NCBI GenBank assembly: GCA_963827755.1
Contig: CAWHCQ010000016.1
Location: 32,001-96,000 of the forward strand
Source: an uncultured Gammaproteobacteria bacterium
Lineage (GTDB): Bacteria; Pseudomonadota; Gammaproteobacteria; UBA9214
DNA: 64,000 bases
Reading direction: 5' to 3'
Shown: in pieces, positions 63,305 through 64,000 of the stretch
Numbering within the stretch: position 1 is the stretch's first letter
How the letters are laid out: each line of letters starts with the position of its first letter
Program-made: the position numbers and the translations under genes
The notes under the pieces: generated by a model
What the model saw: only the letters and a program-made list of their open reading frames with translations
What the model was told of the DNA's origin: nothing
The model's database searches: none

Positions 63305-64000
63305 ATGAGACAGATCGTACTGGATACGGAAACCACCGGGCTTGAACCCTCGGACGGCCACCGCATTATTGAAATTGGCTGTGTTGAGCTGGTCGACCGG
63401 CAACTGACCGGCAATACCTACCATCAATATATAAACCCTGACCGGACCATTGATGCCGGCGCAGTCGAGGTGCACGGGATCACCAACGAGTCGCTTGTCG
63501 ACAAACCGCACTTTGCAGATGTGGCCGACGAGTTCCTCGCCTTTATCCGTGATTCCGAACTGGTTATCCACAACGCCCCGTTTGATGTCGGCTTTATCAA
63601 TCACGAATTTTCACTGCTGGATACAAGCCCCGGTATGGTGACGGATTACTGCATGGTGCTGGACACCCTGACACTGGCCCGGCGCATGCATCCTGGACAG
63701 CGTAACAATCTCGATGCCCTGTGCCGCCGTTACGAAATCGATAATTCCCGGCGTGAACTGCACGGTGCCCTGCTCGATGCGGAGATACTTGCCGATGTCT
63801 ACCTGATCATGACGGGCGGGCAGGTGAGCCTGTCACTTGACGCTCATGTCGACAGGCATGGTGAACGGCGCTCGAGCCTGCGACGCCTGGATGCCGGACG
63901 CCCGCCGCTGAAGGTCATCAGGGCGACGGCGGAAGAGGAAGAGGCGCACCAGGCCCGGCTGGATGCGCTCGACAGGGCATGTGACCGGGGCAGTGTCTGG
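63305..64000 (+). CDS. dnaQ: DNA polymerase III epsilon subunit (3'-truncated by window edge)
   Basis: Read manually: MRQIVLDTETTGL, HNAPFD, HGALLDAEILA; missing from the ORF track because no stop falls inside the window. Confidence 0.95.
   Translation, partial: MRQIVLDTETTGLEPSDGHRIIEIGCVELVDRQLTGNTYHQYINPDRTIDAGAVEVHGITNESLVDKPHFADVADEFLAFIRDSELVIHNAPFDVGFINHEFSLLDTSPGMVTDYCMVLDTLTLARRMHPGQRNNLDALCRRYEIDNSRRELHGALLDAEILADVYLIMTGGQVSLSLDAHVDRHGERRSSLRRLDAGRPPLKVIRATAEEEEAHQARLDALDRACDRGSVW

Overview
This is a core chromosomal region of a GC-rich gammaproteobacterium. It is probably a marine or halotolerant sulfur oxidiser, inferred from a sulfur-globule-protein gene and a sucrose operon. 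The conserved backbone runs rseP-bamA-skp-lpxD-fabZ-lpxA-lpxB-rnhB-dnaE-accA-tilS-pyrG-kdsA-eno-ftsB-ispDF-truD-surE-pcm-yqaA-nlpD-rpoS ... Mth938-like, alaC-hom-thrC-RpfE-like-recJ-prfB-lysS-mltD-yafS-like-rnhA-dnaQ. Four accessory blocks interrupt it. (1) A membrane diguanylate cyclase. (2) DmeF plus an sps-spp-fruK-amylosucrase operon between dnaE and accA. (3) After rpoS, a 15x heptamer array, an uncharacterised operon (cytochrome-b-like/pentaheme-c/TPR fusion, CRTAC1-ASPIC/UnbV propeller, TPR protein) and a sulfur globule protein gene with a perfect FNR box upstream. (4) A ~2,700-aa secreted SpvB/FG-GAP/RHS toxin-like gene with a coupled lipoprotein that is a candidate immunity gene. Also notable are a four-cysteine insertion in ThrC, a coiled-coil repeat extension in MltD and GTAG-type REPs showing covariation. 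Many genes, including essential ones, carry 1-2 bp frameshifts that are most likely sequencing or assembly errors. No tRNA, rRNA, CRISPR array or transposase was recognised. All calls come from reading the sequence and ORF track; no database searches were run.
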